Of a DNA stretch of 64,000 nt, positions 61,876 through 64,000 are shown piece by piece. Source of the DNA: Antechinus flavipes (lineage: Eukaryota); the NCBI RefSeq assembly GCF_016432865.1, contig NC_067400.1, positions 485,150,001 to 485,214,000 on the forward strand, given 5' to 3'. The notes beneath the pieces are model-generated. The model did no database searches. It was not told the origin of the DNA and saw nothing but the letters and a program-made list of their open reading frames with translations. Both the position numbers and the translations under genes were made by a program. Positions within the stretch are counted from its first letter, which is position 1, and each line of letters begins with the position of its first letter.

Positions 61876-64000
61876 CTCATATATTTCCTACCTGTCATTT
61901 ATAAACACATATGTATTGATAAGTATATAGAAACACACATATACATATAAACATATATGTACATACACGTGTGTGTGTATGTGTCTGAACTCCAATTCCA
62001 CATAAAACCTTGGAAACAAATCTTAAATTAACAATGAAAACCAAGTTGCTTGGAAATTAACCTCTACTGGAACCAAGAATCTCTGGGAATTCATCTAACA
62101 TCCTGAACTACCACAGGAGAACCATCAGGATAACCAAGAAGATAGAAATAATTCCTTTGGTTTCATTATTGGCCCAATCTAACAGGCAAAGAAAAATTTC
62201 TTTTCCTGTAGGAGTTAGCCCTAAATTTAACTATAGGTCTTTAACTGACTTTTAGACTCCTCTGCTGTATAAATAGGCCCCAGAAAGATTGTTCAGAGCA
62301 CTTCAGAGACACAAAGTCCGATAAACTGCAGAAAATTTGAAAATGAGCCAAAAGGATTAATAGAAACAGTTTTGTTGCTGTCTTGTTTCCTTTCCTAATT
62401 AATATTTATGTACTTGTTCCAGAGACATAGCTGTGTGCTTAAGAATACACTATTGCAATATTGCCTGATACAGCTGTTTTTATAATAGTGGTTCATTTGT
62501 TTGTAGCTTATTGACAGCTTTGTACAGAGGTAATTAAATTTCCTACTTGGTAGAAGGTATGTCTCCTCCCCTCCTCCCCCCCCCAAAAAAAAAAAAATGG
62601 ACAGGACTAGATATAGGGAGTACAAAAACAACGGGGAAGATCAGGCTGAACAATATAAAGCACTGATAATGACAAAAAAAAAGAAAAGATTCTATGAAGG
62701 TACAGGGAATAAGGAATGTGTCAAGATCTGCTCTATTAAGGAGGTAAAATAAACAGACACCTCCCTATATTCAGGTGACATACAAGAGCTGTCATTATTA
62801 GAACTGAATGTCTGCACAAAAGAAAAGTCATTTTCAATAAGGAAACATGTTTGTGGATGGTGCGTGTTAGTTCTCTCTACAATGACTGTTATGACAATCC
62901 AATGGTGATAAATCACAATTGCCACAGCTTCTTCTCTGGGATTTTCATTCATACCAACACAGTCATGTGATAAAGTTCCATTCTAGAGCTGGGACTGGTA
63001 GTACAAAATCCAAAACATGAGCTGATGGTCAGTTTACCAACTTAGAAGGAGGCTACTGAACCAGTAAACGTCCCAAGAACTCCTTTTGCTTGAAAGAAAA
63101 GATTCTGCTACCAGTTAGTAATTCTTTCTCTCTTCTACCAACACTCACCTTTTCCCCCAAGAAATAAAAATCATGACAGCTTTCTGAACCTGCCTTCAAT
63201 TTTAAGGACAAATTCAAATGATCCTTTATTATATAGTATTTACTTACTGCAGTCACTGATTAGTCATTAGACAGTAGATGATTTTGCTGCTCCTGGATTT
63301 TTCCGAGGGCATTAAAAAGCAGCAATTCTTGGGAGAATGGGGTAGGAGAAAACTCTACCCAGGAAACCTAGATAATCAATTCCTCCAAGGGACTTCTGCA
63401 CTTGGAGTTAGGTTGAGGTCCTTTCAGAGAGCAGGACCAAGTACCACCCCCATTGCCTGCCTGCTTCCTCTGAGCTACAGCATGAAGACCCCTTTCTAAT
63501 GTCATACCTGCCAATAATGCAAAATGAGTTCATCATCTGCTTCCTGTCTAAGGTTCCCATGTGAGTGTCCAGTCTCCTTTCTCTCCCTCCCAACAAAAGC
63601 CCTCTGATATTTTGGAACAAACAGTGCAGTGGCAGGCAGTTTATTAATAAAACATTTGCCTTTCCTAATTCAGGCAGCACACAATTTAAAGTGACATTGC
63701 TGTTATGTTCACAGTTGTTTTTTAGCACCACTGAGAGATGCATATATTTATCTCTGTTTGGGGAAGCACCCATTATATGTGTAGTTATTCATTAAAGAAA
63801 CAGGTTATCTACTTGCAGCTTTTCTAGCTTTGCCTGCTTTCTCACAGGGCTTGTGTGAGTCTCTAGATACAGCTCTCACAGATAGCCAGGGATCAGCCAA
63901 AGAGGAAAATTGGAGTTTAAAAAGAAAAATTTTAAATCTCTTAAAGGCATACTGGTATCATCAATTACCTTTTCAAAGGGACTGCTTAGATACTACATTC

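Noticed and set aside
820-63800. Endogenous non-retroviral viral elements (borna-, filo-, parvovirus-like) or NUMTs in the unique segments
   Set aside because: None of the frames I translated resembled those proteins or mitochondrial genes from memory; a TBLASTN search would be needed to exclude them fully

Overview
This is a 64-kb, AT-rich, CpG-depleted stretch of mammalian intronic or intergenic DNA, almost certainly marsupial and probably dasyurid (Tasmanian devil or a relative). The evidence is marsupial-type L1 ORF2 C-termini, WSINE1-, Mar- and WALLSI-like SINEs and an OC1-type hAT MITE. It is dominated by transposable elements: L1 copies of several ages, L2, CR1/L3, RTE-related and MIR/CORE SINEs, a solo ERV LTR and hAT MITEs. 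There are also microsatellites and a 382-N assembly gap. I could not identify any cellular protein-coding gene, RNA gene, CRISPR array or prokaryotic or viral system. The only long ORF (17667-19391, minus strand, 574 aa) is the C-terminal part of ORF2 of a young 5'-truncated L1; almost all other ORFs are repeat fragments or chance. The most interesting observations are structural. (1) A hAT MITE has an internal L1 RT fragment in its right TIR, and the whole composite is framed by a 9-bp duplication. (2) A second 3'-truncated, tail-less L1 with an intact 5' end splits a SINE. (3) Three unrelated local sequence pairs are all about 93-94% identical. (4) An ERV LTR carries a dense cluster of T-box motifs. 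(5) Several CpG-retaining unique islands could be promoters, enhancers or exons of an unidentified host gene. None of this establishes a new biological system; these are testable leads. Repeat family names come from recall of consensus sequences, and the boundaries of old elements are approximate.
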